64,000 bases of DNA from an uncultured Pseudomonadota bacterium (lineage in GTDB: Bacteria; Pseudomonadota; Alphaproteobacteria; JACZXZ01). The stretch lies in NCBI GenBank assembly GCA_963749075.1, contig CAVVLJ010000004.1, forward strand, positions 448,001 to 512,000, read 5' to 3'. Shown in pieces: positions 1 to 13,563 of the stretch. How positions within the stretch are numbered: position 1 is the stretch's first letter; every line of letters starts with the position of its first letter. Both the position numbers and the translations under genes were made by a program. The notes beneath the pieces were generated by a model. That model was not told the origin of the DNA. It searched no databases and was given only the letters and a program-made list of their open reading frames with translations.

Positions 1-93
1 CGGGATTGCCCCAGTCCACGTAATGCAGGCGATGGCGCTGCGAGGTGAGGAACCGCGAGGTCGGTCCGGCGTCTTGCGCCCTGCCGCTCGCGC

Positions 94-939
94 TCATTCG
101 GCCGCCACGTCGTTGCGCAGGAGTCCGATGCCGGAGATTTCCACCTCGATGACGTCGCCTGGCTTCATCCAGAGCGGCGGCTTGCGCGCGAAGCCGACGC
201 CCTCCGGCGTGCCGGTCGCGATGATGTCGCCGGGTGCCAGCGGCAGCACGCCGGAGAGATAATTGACGAGGAAGGGGATGTCGAAGATGAGATCGTCGGT
301 CCTGGCGTGCTGCACCTCCCGGCCGTTGAGCCGCGTGCGGAGCTCGAGCCGCGTCGGATCGCCGATCTCGTCGCTCGTCGTCATCCAGGGACCGATGCTG
401 CCCGTGCGGAAGAAATTCTTGCCCACGATGAGCGAGTGGCCGAATTGGAAGTCGCGGATGCTGCCGTCATTGAGACAGGTGTAGCCGGCGATGTGCCGGA
501 GTGCTGCCTCCCTGGCGATGTGCCGCCCGCCCTTGCCGATAACCAGTGCCAGCTCGCCCTCGAAATCGAAATCGTTCGAGAGGCGCGGCCGGAGGAGCGT
601 GCCGCCAGGAGGTGCGAAGCTCTCGAGCGCGCGGATGAAGACGCTCGGCTGCCGGGGCAGCTTGGCATTGGCCTCGGCGACGTGCCCCTTGTAGTTGCGG
701 CCGACGCAGATGACCTTGGGCGGCGAGGGGATGGGAATCTCGAGCTCGACCTCGGCGAGCCCCACGTCCGGTGCGGCACCGCGGGCGGCGTGCGCGGCCT
801 CGTCCAGCGCATCGGCCGCCAGGAGCTCGGCGAGCGTCGCGAAACGGCCGCCGATGCGGCGTCCGAGATCGACGATGCCTTGGCCCGCCACGACGCCGTA
901 GCTTCGCCGGCCCGCCCTGCGGAAGCTTGCGAGTTTCAT
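94..939 (-). CDS. Fumarylacetoacetate hydrolase (FAH) family protein
   Basis: Motifs KVICVGRNY, DFEGELALVIG, GYTCLNDGSIRD, GKNF, IIATGTPEGVG. Confidence 0.93.
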   Translation of the reverse strand: MKLASFRRAGRRSYGVVAGQGIVDLGRRIGGRFATLAELLAADALDEAAHAARGAAPDVGLAEVELEIPIPSPPKVICVGRNYKGHVAEANAKLPRQPSVFIRALESFAPPGGTLLRPRLSNDFDFEGELALVIGKGGRHIAREAALRHIAGYTCLNDGSIRDFQFGHSLIVGKNFFRTGSIGPWMTTSDEIGDPTRLELRTRLNGREVQHARTDDLIFDIPFLVNYLSGVLPLAPGDIIATGTPEGVGFARKPPLWMKPGDVIEVEISGIGLLRNDVAAE

Positions 940-1023
940 GGCTTATTCTCCGTCCGCCGTCCATTTCGCTGGAACCTAGCAGCCGCCACGGCGCCGGCAT
1001 AACCGATATTTGCCGCCGGCCCC

Positions 1024-1773
1024 TCAGCCCGACCAGCCGAGATGGCTCAAGAACTCGCGCGTGCGGCCCACGTGCGGGGCGTCGAAGATCTGCGCCGGCG
1101 GCCCCTCCTCGATGATGGCGCCGCGGTCGAACACCACCACCCAGTCGGCGACGCGGCGCGCGAAGGTCATCTCGTGGGTGACCACGATCATCGTCATGCC
1201 CTCCTCGGCGAGGCGCTTCATCACGTTCAGCACCTCGCCGATGGTCTCCGGATCGAGTGCCGAGGTCGGCTCGTCGAACAGCATGACCGCGGGCTCCATG
1301 GCGAGCGCCCGGGCGATGGCCACGCGCTGCTGCTGCCCGCCCGAGAGGTTCGCCGGGTAGCTCGCCGCCTTGTCGGCAAGCCCGACCTTGTCGAGGAGCG
1401 CCTCGGCACGCCGCTCGGCCTCCCGGCGCGCCATGCGCAGCACCACGAGAGGGCCGATCGCCACGTTGGCGAGCACGGTGCGGTGGGGGAAGAGCTCGAA
1501 GTTCTGGAACACCATGCCCATGCGCTGGCGCATCCGGCGCATGCCTTGCGCGTCGCGCGGCAGAAGCTCGCCGTCGAGGTGGATCTCGCCGCCGTCGATC
1601 GCCTCGAGCCCGTTCGTGCAGCGCAGCAGCGTCGATTTGCCGGAGCCGGAGGGACCGATGACGCAGACGACCTGGCCCTTCCGCACCTGCATCGACACGT
1701 CGTCGAGGGCGACGAAGGCGCCGAATTGCTTGCGCACGTTGCGATAGACGAGCACCGGCGCGCGGCCGCTCAC
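1024..1773 (-). CDS. Polar amino acid ABC transporter ATP-binding protein
   Basis: Walker A GPSGSGKS, signature [15 protein letters not shown], Walker [15 protein letters not shown] start at 1773 overlaps the upstream permease stop (GTGA). Confidence 0.92.
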   Translation of the reverse strand: MSGRAPVLVYRNVRKQFGAFVALDDVSMQVRKGQVVCVIGPSGSGKSTLLRCTNGLEAIDGGEIHLDGELLPRDAQGMRRMRQRMGMVFQNFELFPHRTVLANVAIGPLVVLRMARREAERRAEALLDKVGLADKAASYPANLSGGQQQRVAIARALAMEPAVMLFDEPTSALDPETIGEVLNVMKRLAEEGMTMIVVTHEMTFARRVADWVVVFDRGAIIEEGPPAQIFDAPHVGRTREFLSHLGWSG

Positions 1774-2429
1774 TCGCTCACCCCCAACCTGCGGTGCAGC
1801 CAGTCGACCAGCTTCGCCTGCGGATAGCCGAGCGCCCAGTAGATCGCCGCCATCGCGGTCAGCATCTCGAGCACGCGGAAGGTCTGCGAGCGGATGCGCA
1901 TGGCGGTATAGGCGAGCTCGCCCACCGCGATGACGGAGACGAGGGAGGTGTCCTTGAAGAGCGAGACCCAGGTGCTGGCGAGCACCGGCAGCACGCGCCG
2001 CGTCGCCTGCGGCAGCACCACCTCGCGCATGGTCTGCCAGCCGCTCATGCCGAGCGCCAGCGCCGCCTCGCTCTGGCCCTTGCGGATCGAGCCGATGCCG
2101 GCGCGGAAGGTCTCGCCGTTGTAGGCGGAGACGTTCATAGAGAGTGCTGCCAGCGCCGTGGCGAAGGGCGGCAGCGAGAGGTCGAGGGCGATCGGCAGCA
2201 CGTAGTAGGCCGCGTAGATCACCAGGATGATCGGCTGGTTGCGCATGAACTCGGTGAAGCCGGCGCTCAGGGCGGAGAGCAGGCGCGAGCCCGAGAGTCG
2301 CATGAGGGCGAGGAGAATGCCGCCGGGCACCGCGATCGCCATCGTCGTCACCGTGAGCAGCACGGTGAGCTCCGTGCCCTCGGCGAGTGCGCCGGCGTTC
2401 TGCCACACCACGGACCAGTCGAGCTTCAT
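1770..2429 (-). CDS. Polar amino acid ABC transporter permease (HisM/GlnP type)
   Basis: MKLDWSVVW start with ATGA overlap, EAA loop [21 protein letters not shown]. Confidence 0.92.
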   Translation of the reverse strand: MKLDWSVVWQNAGALAEGTELTVLLTVTTMAIAVPGGILLALMRLSGSRLLSALSAGFTEFMRNQPIILVIYAAYYVLPIALDLSLPPFATALAALSMNVSAYNGETFRAGIGSIRKGQSEAALALGMSGWQTMREVVLPQATRRVLPVLASTWVSLFKDTSLVSVIAVGELAYTAMRIRSQTFRVLEMLTAMAAIYWALGYPQAKLVDWLHRRLGVSE

Positions 2430-3091
2430 GACCGGCCGAGATGGGCGAGGCGCTTGTAGACCATATCGACCGTCCGGGTGACCGGGAAGAGGATGACGAA
2501 ATAGGCCGCCATCGCCACCAGGAAGACCTCGATCGGGCGGAAGCTCTGGGCGGCGAGCGTGTGCGAGCGGTTCATGTATTCCGGCACGGCAATGACGCTG
2601 GCGATCGCCGTGTCCTTGATGGTGATCGAGAGGATCGAGCCGAAGGCCGGCAGCATGCGCACCACCGCCTGCGGCAGGACGATTTGGCGGATCACTTGCG
2701 CGCGCGACATGCCGAGCGCGAGTGCCGCCCGGGTCTGTCCCGGCCGCACCGAGTCGATACCGGCGCGCACGATTTCGGCCACGTAGGCCGCGACATGGAG
2801 GGAGAGCGAGACGAGCGCCGCCCAGAACGGCGGCAGCACCAGCCCGGTCACGATCGGCAGCGCGAAGTAGCACCACACCAGCACGACGAGCACCGGCACC
2901 GCGCGCATCGAATCGATGTAGAACACCAGCGGCCCGCGCAACCAGGCGGGGCCGTAGCAACGGGCGAGCCCCACCGCACCGCCCAGCACCAGGCTGCACG
3001 CCATGGTCATGGCCGACAAGGCAAGCGTCACCCCGAGGCCGGCAGCGAGGTAGCGCCAGCTCTGGAGGACCGCCGAGAAGTCGAGGTCCAT
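2426..3091 (-). CDS. Polar amino acid ABC transporter permease
   Basis: [34 protein letters not shown], hydrophobic segments. Confidence 0.92.
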   Translation of the reverse strand: MDLDFSAVLQSWRYLAAGLGVTLALSAMTMACSLVLGGAVGLARCYGPAWLRGPLVFYIDSMRAVPVLVVLVWCYFALPIVTGLVLPPFWAALVSLSLHVAAYVAEIVRAGIDSVRPGQTRAALALGMSRAQVIRQIVLPQAVVRMLPAFGSILSITIKDTAIASVIAVPEYMNRSHTLAAQSFRPIEVFLVAMAAYFVILFPVTRTVDMVYKRLAHLGRS

Positions 3092-3109
3092 CTGCGGGCG
3101 GCCCGCTCG

Positions 3110-3181
3110 CTATCGCATCGTCTCGGCGATCGGCGCCACCGGCAGCGCCGCCGCCGCCGGAATTTCCTCGGGCGATTTCAT
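3110..3181 (-). other. 23-aa ORF (MKSPEEIPAAAALPVAPIAETMR) with strong RBS, possibly a deletion scar of a substrate-binding protein gene
   Basis: GGGGAGGA precedes the ATG at 3181. First position of an ABC operon that lacks a binding-protein gene in this window. Confidence 0.35.
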
Positions 3182-3332
3182 CGCGGCGTTCCTCCCCTCG
3201 TTCGCGCCTAACGATAACCACAAATTATCGCAAGCGCGGATCATTTTCGCTCTCTCCTTTGCGCCTTGTCCTGATAGAGCGTGATTCGCCTCGCCGGGTT
3301 GTGCTCTAAATCGATTTTTGCCAATCGCCGTG

Positions 3333-3347
3333 ATAGGCTTCGCCTAT
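3333..3347. promoter_or_regulatory. LysR-type T-N11-A box (ATAGG-CTTCG-CCTAT) overlapping the LysR start codon
   Basis: Dyad ATAG-N7-CTAT between the divergent LysR and ABC operon. Confidence 0.6.
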
Positions 3348-4245
3348 GAACCTGACCCTCTCCCAGCTCCTGACTTTCGAGCGCATCGTCCGCCTCGGAA
3401 GCTTCCACGCGGCGGCCAAGCACCTCGGGCTCACGCAGCCGAGCGCATCGCAGCGCATCAAGGAGCTGGAGAACGCGCTGGGGACCGAGCTTTTCGTGCG
3501 CCGCGGACCGCGCCTCAGCCTCACGGCGGAGGGCCACGCGCTGATCGACTATGCTGACCGCATGCTCGACACCGCCGACGAGATCGTCAGCCGCTTCCGC
3601 AGCCGCGACCCGCTCAAGGGCATGCTGCGCCTCGGGCTCAACGAGAGCTTTGCGCTCGTCTGTCTCACGGATCTCCTGAAGCGCCTGAAAGAGCGCCACC
3701 CCGAGCTCAAGACCTCCGTCCACGTCGGCGACACCAGGACGGTGAGCGGGCTCCTGAACGAGCGCAAGCTCGACGTGGCGGTGGTGTCAGAGCCCGAAGT
3801 CGAGGCGCACGTCCACCAGCGGCCGATCGGCACGAACGAGCTCGGCTGGGTCGCCAGCACCAAGCTCGACATCTCGCAAGCGGTGCTGTCGCCGGCCGAG
3901 CTCAGCCGCCACCATCTCATCACCAGCGCGCCGCCCGCGCGGCTGATCGAGACTGCCACCAACTGGTTCGCCCAGGCGGGCGCCGCGCCCACGCGGCTCA
4001 GCACCTGCAACAGCCTCTCCATCATGATGCTGACCATCCTCGACGGCCTGGCCATCGGGCTCGTCCCGGTGCGCGTCATGCGCGACGAGATCAAGGCGGG
4101 ACGGGCCAAGCGCATTGCCGTGCTGCCGGCCATCGCAGGGCACCGCGTCTCGCTCTGCTATCAGGCGAGCGAGTTCGGGCCCAGCCTGCAGTCGATCCTC
4201 GATCTGATGCGCGAGCTCATCGCGCACCACAAGCTCTTCATATGA
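3346..4245 (+). CDS. LysR family transcriptional regulator
   Basis: N-terminal HTH GSFHAAAKHLGLTQPSASQRIKELE, 299 aa. Confidence 0.95.
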   Translation: MNLTLSQLLTFERIVRLGSFHAAAKHLGLTQPSASQRIKELENALGTELFVRRGPRLSLTAEGHALIDYADRMLDTADEIVSRFRSRDPLKGMLRLGLNESFALVCLTDLLKRLKERHPELKTSVHVGDTRTVSGLLNERKLDVAVVSEPEVEAHVHQRPIGTNELGWVASTKLDISQAVLSPAELSRHHLITSAPPARLIETATNWFAQAGAAPTRLSTCNSLSIMMLTILDGLAIGLVPVRVMRDEIKAGRAKRIAVLPAIAGHRVSLCYQASEFGPSLQSILDLMRELIAHHKLFI

Positions 4246-4300
4246 GCATGACAGGCCGGCGTCCGGGTGCGCATGGGGGTCAGCGGACGGGGAGAGCGCC

Positions 4301-5131
4301 ATGAGCGAGGAGATCAGCGTAACCGCGCACTACGGCACCGGCGACTTGCGCGCGCGGGTCGAGGAGGCGCTGAGCCGCGCAGGCTTGGGCTCCGGCACCG
4401 TCGCCTGGTCGGAGCTGGCGCTCCTCGACCAGTTCCACGTGCGCGGCCTCGCCGCGACGAAGGAGCTTGGAGAGAGCCTGAAAGTGCGCAAGGAGCACGC
4501 CGTCCTCGATGTCGGCTGCGGCCTCGGCGGACCCTCCCGCTATCTCGCGGCGACTTTCGGCTGCCGGGTCGAGGGCATCGATCTCAGCCAGGCTTACGTC
4601 GACGTGGCGCGCATGCTCGCGGAGCGGAGCGGCCTCGCGGCGCAGGTTTCGTACCGGCAGGCGGACGCGCTCGAGCTTCCCTTCGCCGAGGCGGAGTTCG
4701 ACATCGTATGGACGCAGCACGCGGCAATGAACATCGCCGACCGCGCGCGGCTCTATGGCGAAATGCATCGCGTGCTCAAGCCGGGCGGCCGGCTCGCCAT
4801 CTACGACGTCCTGGCGGGCGAGGGCGGTCCGCTCATCTTCCCGGTGCCGTGGGCGCGCGAGCCCGCGATCAGCTTCCTCCTCACCTCGCAGGCCATGCGC
4901 AGCCTCCTCGAGGAGGGCGGCTTCAAGGTTCTCTCCTGGCGGGACAAGACCCACGAGGGCATCGCCTGGTTCTCGCAGCAGCAGGCGGCAAGGCAGGCCG
5001 GGCGGGCGACGCCGCCGCTCGGCATCCAGGTGGTCATGGGTCCCGAGTTCCCGGCGATGATCGAGAATCTCGGCCGCAACCTGCGCGAGGGCCGCGCGCG
5101 GCTCCTCGAGGCCGTGCTGCAGAAGCGCTGA
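4301..5131 (+). CDS. Class I SAM-dependent methyltransferase
   Basis: VLDVGCGLGG, ADALELPF, RVLKPGGRL. GGGGAG RBS. Confidence 0.92.
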   Translation: MSEEISVTAHYGTGDLRARVEEALSRAGLGSGTVAWSELALLDQFHVRGLAATKELGESLKVRKEHAVLDVGCGLGGPSRYLAATFGCRVEGIDLSQAYVDVARMLAERSGLAAQVSYRQADALELPFAEAEFDIVWTQHAAMNIADRARLYGEMHRVLKPGGRLAIYDVLAGEGGPLIFPVPWAREPAISFLLTSQAMRSLLEEGGFKVLSWRDKTHEGIAWFSQQQAARQAGRATPPLGIQVVMGPEFPAMIENLGRNLREGRARLLEAVLQKR

Positions 5132-5153
5132 CGCCGACGCCCCACGCCGCCGC

Positions 5154-5249
5154 TCAGGCGATCGTCTCGATGGCGAGTGCGATGCCCTGGCCGCCGCCGA
5201 TGCAGAGCGTGACCAAGCCGCGCTTGAGGCCGTCGCGCAACAGCCGTCC
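5154..5249 (-). pseudogene. C-terminal fragment of an acetyl-CoA acetyltransferase (thiolase)
   Basis: Minus-strand translation GRLLRDGLKRGLVTLCIGGGQGIALAIETIA* contains the thiolase CIGGGQG motif. It is bounded upstream by an in-frame stop and the rest of the gene is absent. Confidence 0.8.
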
Positions 5250-5315
5250 TCAAGATTGTCGGACCGGCCGGCAGCGACCTATAATACATGCCGTTTCCAG
5301 GGGGGGCTTCGGCGG

Positions 5316-5947
5316 ATGGCGGTATATCTCGACGAGGACATGATGGGGCGGGACGACGATCTCGTCGGATTTCCCCATCTCCTCCTTTGCATGGGCTTCG
5401 TCGCCCGCACCAACGCGGGCCCCTGGGGCGTGCACCTGACCAGCCCGGCAAATTCTCCCGGCACTTTCACGGCGTACTGCAATTGGGCCAAGGGGAAAGG
5501 ATTGACGGCCGGTGCCATCACCGACCTCTACGGCTGCTGCAACCATGTGGTGCGATACGGGACAAGCAGCCCTACGGCGGGACTGAAGGCGTGGCGCGAG
5601 GAGATGGCTGCCTTTGCCAATCAGCTCGGATGGTCCGGGCCCGCGCGCGGCTTCGATACCGGCATCATCGATCCGCGGGACGGTACTTACGTGGAATACC
5701 GGCAGCAGATCGGCGGCGCGCAGCCTTGCGCCATCTTCTACAAGCGCAATGAGAAGACCGTCGTCCCCGGCACGACGAGCGTAGCCAGCCAGGGCGGCAC
5801 GGCGGACGTCGTGGCATGGGATGCGGGCAACAAGCAATTCCGCGCCATGGCGTTCCCCAAGACGAACGTGGTGGGAAAAGTGTCCGCCCTCCACACGGGC
5901 GTGTTCCATGAGCTGGATTACGCACTGCGCCTGACGAAGATCGGCGT

Positions 5948-5951
<4 letters not shown>
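5316..5951 (+). CDS. Hypothetical protein, possible CheD/CNF1/YfiH-like Cys-His hydrolase
   Basis: Protein-like composition, lower GC than flanks. N-terminal [23 protein letters not shown] has Cys-His spacing like CheD. Confidence 0.6.
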
Positions 5952-10351
<4,400 letters not shown>

Positions 10352-10362
10352 GGGAGGGGACC

Positions 10363-10737
10363 CTACGCTGCAGTTTCGGTCAGCAAGCGCCGCATCGCCT
10401 TCGGATCGCGCTCGATCGCCAGCAACAAGGCGCGCGCCGGGGCGTCCGGCGTGCTGCGGTGCTGCTCCCAATCGCGCAATGTGGAGACGGGCAAGTGAAA
10501 CGCTTGGGCGAACTCAGTTTGCGTCATGCCGAGCCGCTGGCGCAACAACTTCACGCGCGGCACGCGACGCATCCGCGCCAACTGCTCCTTCGTCAGCGGC
10601 TGGGCGTCCGGGTCCGACAACGCCGCCGCCATGGCCTCTGCCTCGGTCATGGCATCGAGCCGGGCCCAATCGGTATTCCCTCGTGGCAGAGGGTCACCGC
10701 TCTTTATCGTCACCCGCGTAGTACCGCTCTTGTTCAT
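10363..10737 (-). CDS. XRE-family HTH protein, antitoxin-like
   Basis: [11 protein letters not shown]...DPDAQPL N-terminus and [16 protein letters not shown]...[18 protein letters not shown]. Confidence 0.85.
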   Translation of the reverse strand: MNKSGTTRVTIKSGDPLPRGNTDWARLDAMTEAEAMAAALSDPDAQPLTKEQLARMRRVPRVKLLRQRLGMTQTEFAQAFHLPVSTLRDWEQHRSTPDAPARALLLAIERDPKAMRRLLTETAA

Positions 10738-10762
10738 CTCGTGGGTTGCGCCTCAGTTCATC

Positions 10763-10967
10763 GATTTCCAGCCGCAAGCGGCGAACTCCCTCTCCTCCTT
10801 CAGGAGGAGAGGGTCGGGGTGAGGAGGCGGCTCTCTAGGGCGCAGCGCTGGCCGTAGAGGCGCTCAAGCGCTCGGCCTCCTCACCTTCCCATCGCTGCGC
10901 GATGGGCCCCTTCCTCTCCTCCTGAAGGAGCAGAGGATCGACGCCCTCATGTCCGCTTGCGGAAATC
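10763..10967. repeat. REP/RIME-like palindromic element (MITE-like)
   Basis: 12-bp perfect hairpin CCCTCTCCTCCT-tc-AGGAGGAGAGGG at 10788-10813, related hairpin at 10913-10936, internal GGTGAGGAGGC/GCCTCCTCACC, outer CCGCAAGCGG/CCGCTTGCGG. Confidence 0.75.
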
Positions 10968-11120
10968 CAATCCATCGGGATGCTACGGGATACCGGTAGT
11001 TCGATCAATCGATTTCCGCAGCCTCATTGCCGCCTCTCCAACTTGACGCCGAGTCCCCTTGCGCAAAGCGGGCGCAGCCTCGATAGTCGCGCGTGAGCTT
11101 GGCAGCGGGGAGGGGCGGGC

Positions 11121-11957
11121 ATGCGCGTGGGGGCATCTTATTTCCCGACCGACTACGGGATCGACATCGGCGAGCTTGCGGCGGCCCTCGAGGCGCGCGG
11201 CTTCGAATCGCTCTTCGTGCCCGAGCACACGCATATCCCCGTGAGCCGCCGCACGCCTTTCCCCGCCGGCGGCGAGGTGCCCAAGCGCTACCTGCACGGC
11301 CACGATCCCTTCATCGCACTCTCCTTCGCCGCGGCGGCGACGCGGCGGCTCCTCCTCGGCACCGGCGTCTGCCTCCTGCCGCAGCGCGATGCAATCGTCA
11401 CGGCGAAATGCATCGCCAGTCTCGACCGGCTCTCGGGCGGCCGCTTCATCTTCGGCATCGGCGGCGGCTGGAACGTCGACGAGATGGAGAATCACGGCGC
11501 CCGCTACGAGACCCGCTTCAAGCTCATGCGCGAGCGCGTGCTCGCGATCAAGGCGCTGTGGACCCAGGAGAAGGCGCAGTTCCACGGCGAGATGGTCAAT
11601 TTCGATCCGGTCTGGCTCTATCCCAAGCCGGAGCAGCTGCCGTATCCGCCCATCCTGCTGGGCGGCGAGAGCGATCATACGCTGAAGCGCGTCGTCGAGT
11701 ATTGCGACGGCTGGTTCCCGCGCGCCAATCTGCGCTTCGAGGCGCGCTCGGGGAGGGAGCGCCTCGCCCGCATGGCCGAGGCGGCGGGGCGCGATCCGGC
11801 CACGCTCTCGATCTCGGTCTTCCGGGCGCCGGCCGACAAGGCGGTGCTCGACGGCTATCGCGAGGTCGGCATCGAGCGGGCGCTCCTCGACATCCCCGAC
11901 CTCGGGCGCGACGAAATCCTGGCGTTCTTGGATGAGAGGGCGCCTTTGGCCGCGTGA
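11121..11957 (+). CDS. LLM-class (F420-dependent type) oxidoreductase
   Basis: GFESLFVPEHTHIP, DPFIALS, LGTGVCL, LDRLSGGRFIFGIGGGWN, PILLGG. Confidence 0.92.
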   Translation: MRVGASYFPTDYGIDIGELAAALEARGFESLFVPEHTHIPVSRRTPFPAGGEVPKRYLHGHDPFIALSFAAAATRRLLLGTGVCLLPQRDAIVTAKCIASLDRLSGGRFIFGIGGGWNVDEMENHGARYETRFKLMRERVLAIKALWTQEKAQFHGEMVNFDPVWLYPKPEQLPYPPILLGGESDHTLKRVVEYCDGWFPRANLRFEARSGRERLARMAEAAGRDPATLSISVFRAPADKAVLDGYREVGIERALLDIPDLGRDEILAFLDERAPLAA

Positions 11958-11970
11958 GGCGCTTGCCGCG

Positions 11971-12948
11971 ATGCTGCGCACGCTCGCCCGCCTGCTGAGC
12001 ATCGTGCCGGCCGTGGCATTGGCGGCCGCGGGGGCTGAGGCGGCCGAGCGGGTCGCCGCGGCGGTCGTCTTCGCCGTCGACGTCTCGGGCAGCGTCAATG
12101 CCGAGCGCTACGAGCTGCAGCGCGCCGGCATCGCCGGCGTCTTCGCCGATGCGGCGATCGCTGAGATCGTCGGCGACGGGCTCGCGGTCACGCTCATGGA
12201 GTGGTCGGACGGCCACGCGGTCTCGGTGCCCTGGACGATCCTCAGGAGTGCCGCGGACGCCGAGGCGCTGGCGCGCACCATCGCCCGGGTGCCGCGCGCC
12301 CCCGGCTACTCGACCGAGCTCTCGCTGGCCCTTCTCGCGGCGGCCGACCTCCTCGCCGCCTGTCCCTGCGAGGCGGCGAGCCGCATCATCGACGTCTCGG
12401 GCGACGGCTCGAACAACGGGCCCATCTCGACCCCGATCGCCCGCGACGAGGTGGTGGCGCGCGGCATCCGCATCAACGGGCTGCCCATCGTGACGCCGGC
12501 CGAGCCGGACCTCGCGCAATGGTACCGCGACAACGTGGTCGGCGGGGACGGCGGCTTCATGGAGGTGGCGAACGGCTACGAGGATTTCGCCCGCGCCATG
12601 CGGCGGAAGTTCCTCCTCGAGGTAGCAGCCCTGGGGAGCCGGCCGCGGCGGAGGGGACGGCCGAGAGTGCTGCGGCGAAGGAAATCGGTCGCCCGGAAGC
12701 GCCACGGGATTCGCGCAGATCCGAAGAGCAAGGGAGCCTCGGACCGGGTCCGGTGGGTCCTTCGAGGCGCTCGCTGCGCTCGCTCCCCCGGGCACTTCGT
12801 CCGGGGTGTTAAGTCCTTCCGCCACACACGGAATTGCCTTGTCCTGAGGAGCAACCCGAAAGGGTTGCGTCGCGAAGGACCCACGGCGGCGCTGCAATCC
12901 TCCTCGGTCCCTCGGGTAGTGGGTCATTTTGATTGGAATGCCGCTTGA
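11971..12948 (+). CDS. DUF1194 (vWA-like) exported protein with aberrant C-terminal read-through
   Basis: Signal peptide, AVDVSGSV MIDAS motif, IDVSGDGSNN, INGLPI, family-typical end ARAMRRKFLLEVA near 12630. The frame then continues through a repeat into the IS end. Confidence 0.85.
   Translation: MLRTLARLLSIVPAVALAAAGAEAAERVAAAVVFAVDVSGSVNAERYELQRAGIAGVFADAAIAEIVGDGLAVTLMEWSDGHAVSVPWTILRSAADAEALARTIARVPRAPGYSTELSLALLAAADLLAACPCEAASRIIDVSGDGSNNGPISTPIARDEVVARGIRINGLPIVTPAEPDLAQWYRDNVVGGDGGFMEVANGYEDFARAMRRKFLLEVAALGSRPRRRGRPRVLRRRKSVARKRHGIRADPKSKGASDRVRWVLRGARCARSPGHFVRGVKSFRHTRNCLVLRSNPKGLRREGPTAALQSSSVPRVVGHFDWNAA
12753..12884. repeat. REP/MITE-like element, family A copy 1
   Basis: 12-bp perfect terminal IR GTGGGTCCTTCG/CGAAGGACCCAC with internal hairpins. 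Homologous to the reverse complement of 48570-48651. Confidence 0.75.
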
Positions 12949-13472
12949 CCGCACTTTAGGCCACCGTTGGCCAAAACACACAGGTAGGTCTGGCCAGTTT
13001 GGGTGTTAATTACCCATGCAGCAGTAACGGGCGAACTCGGAATATTGCTCAATTGCCAGGCGCCTACTGGGGCTGTCGTTGATTCCGAAGTTGCGGCGAG
13101 CGTTTCTATTTTCGGCAGTGCCGCCTCAGCGCCCCGGTTGCCGACGAGCCACGAGACGGCGGGCTTGGTATCAGCATCGATCGCCGTCCAGGTCCATAGA
13201 TCGCCAACGCCTGCATCGCCCTTCATGTGCTCGGGCACGTTCTTTTGCTTCGCGTAGCAGAACGCCCAAATTTCATCGACCTGCACCCGCTTGCAGGTGA
13301 GGTTGCGAAGCGCCTTGTCCTGGTACTCTGCACAAGCTTGGCCGGCGTCCACGAGGAGCTTGGCAACCGTGTTCTTGCTCGCCCCCGTAAGCCGAGTGGT
13401 GGCACGGATGCTCATTCCCTCGACCATCATGCCGAGGATTTGACCGCGGCGAGCAATGGGAAGTTTGTTCAT
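12924..13472 (-). pseudogene. Truncated IS1-family-like DDE transposase fused to an unrelated C-terminus
   Basis: MNKLP...EGMSIRATTRLTGASKNTV (HTH), QVDEIWAF, WTWTAIDADTK, SWLVGNR. The sequence diverges after GAEAA (~13120) and the later catalytic D/E region is absent. Confidence 0.8.
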
Positions 13473-13563
13473 ATGATTGCCAATGTCGTGAGTTATCGTT
13501 GACAACACTGCAGCGTAGGGTTTACAATGTATCAAGTTAAGTTTCTAATAGGAGAACTTAAAG

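Noticed and set aside
11008-11027. Possible IS end (TCGATTTCCGCAGCCTCA) resembling the flank of the 10763-10967 element
   Set aside because: Match too short, with no partner repeat, target duplication or transposase.
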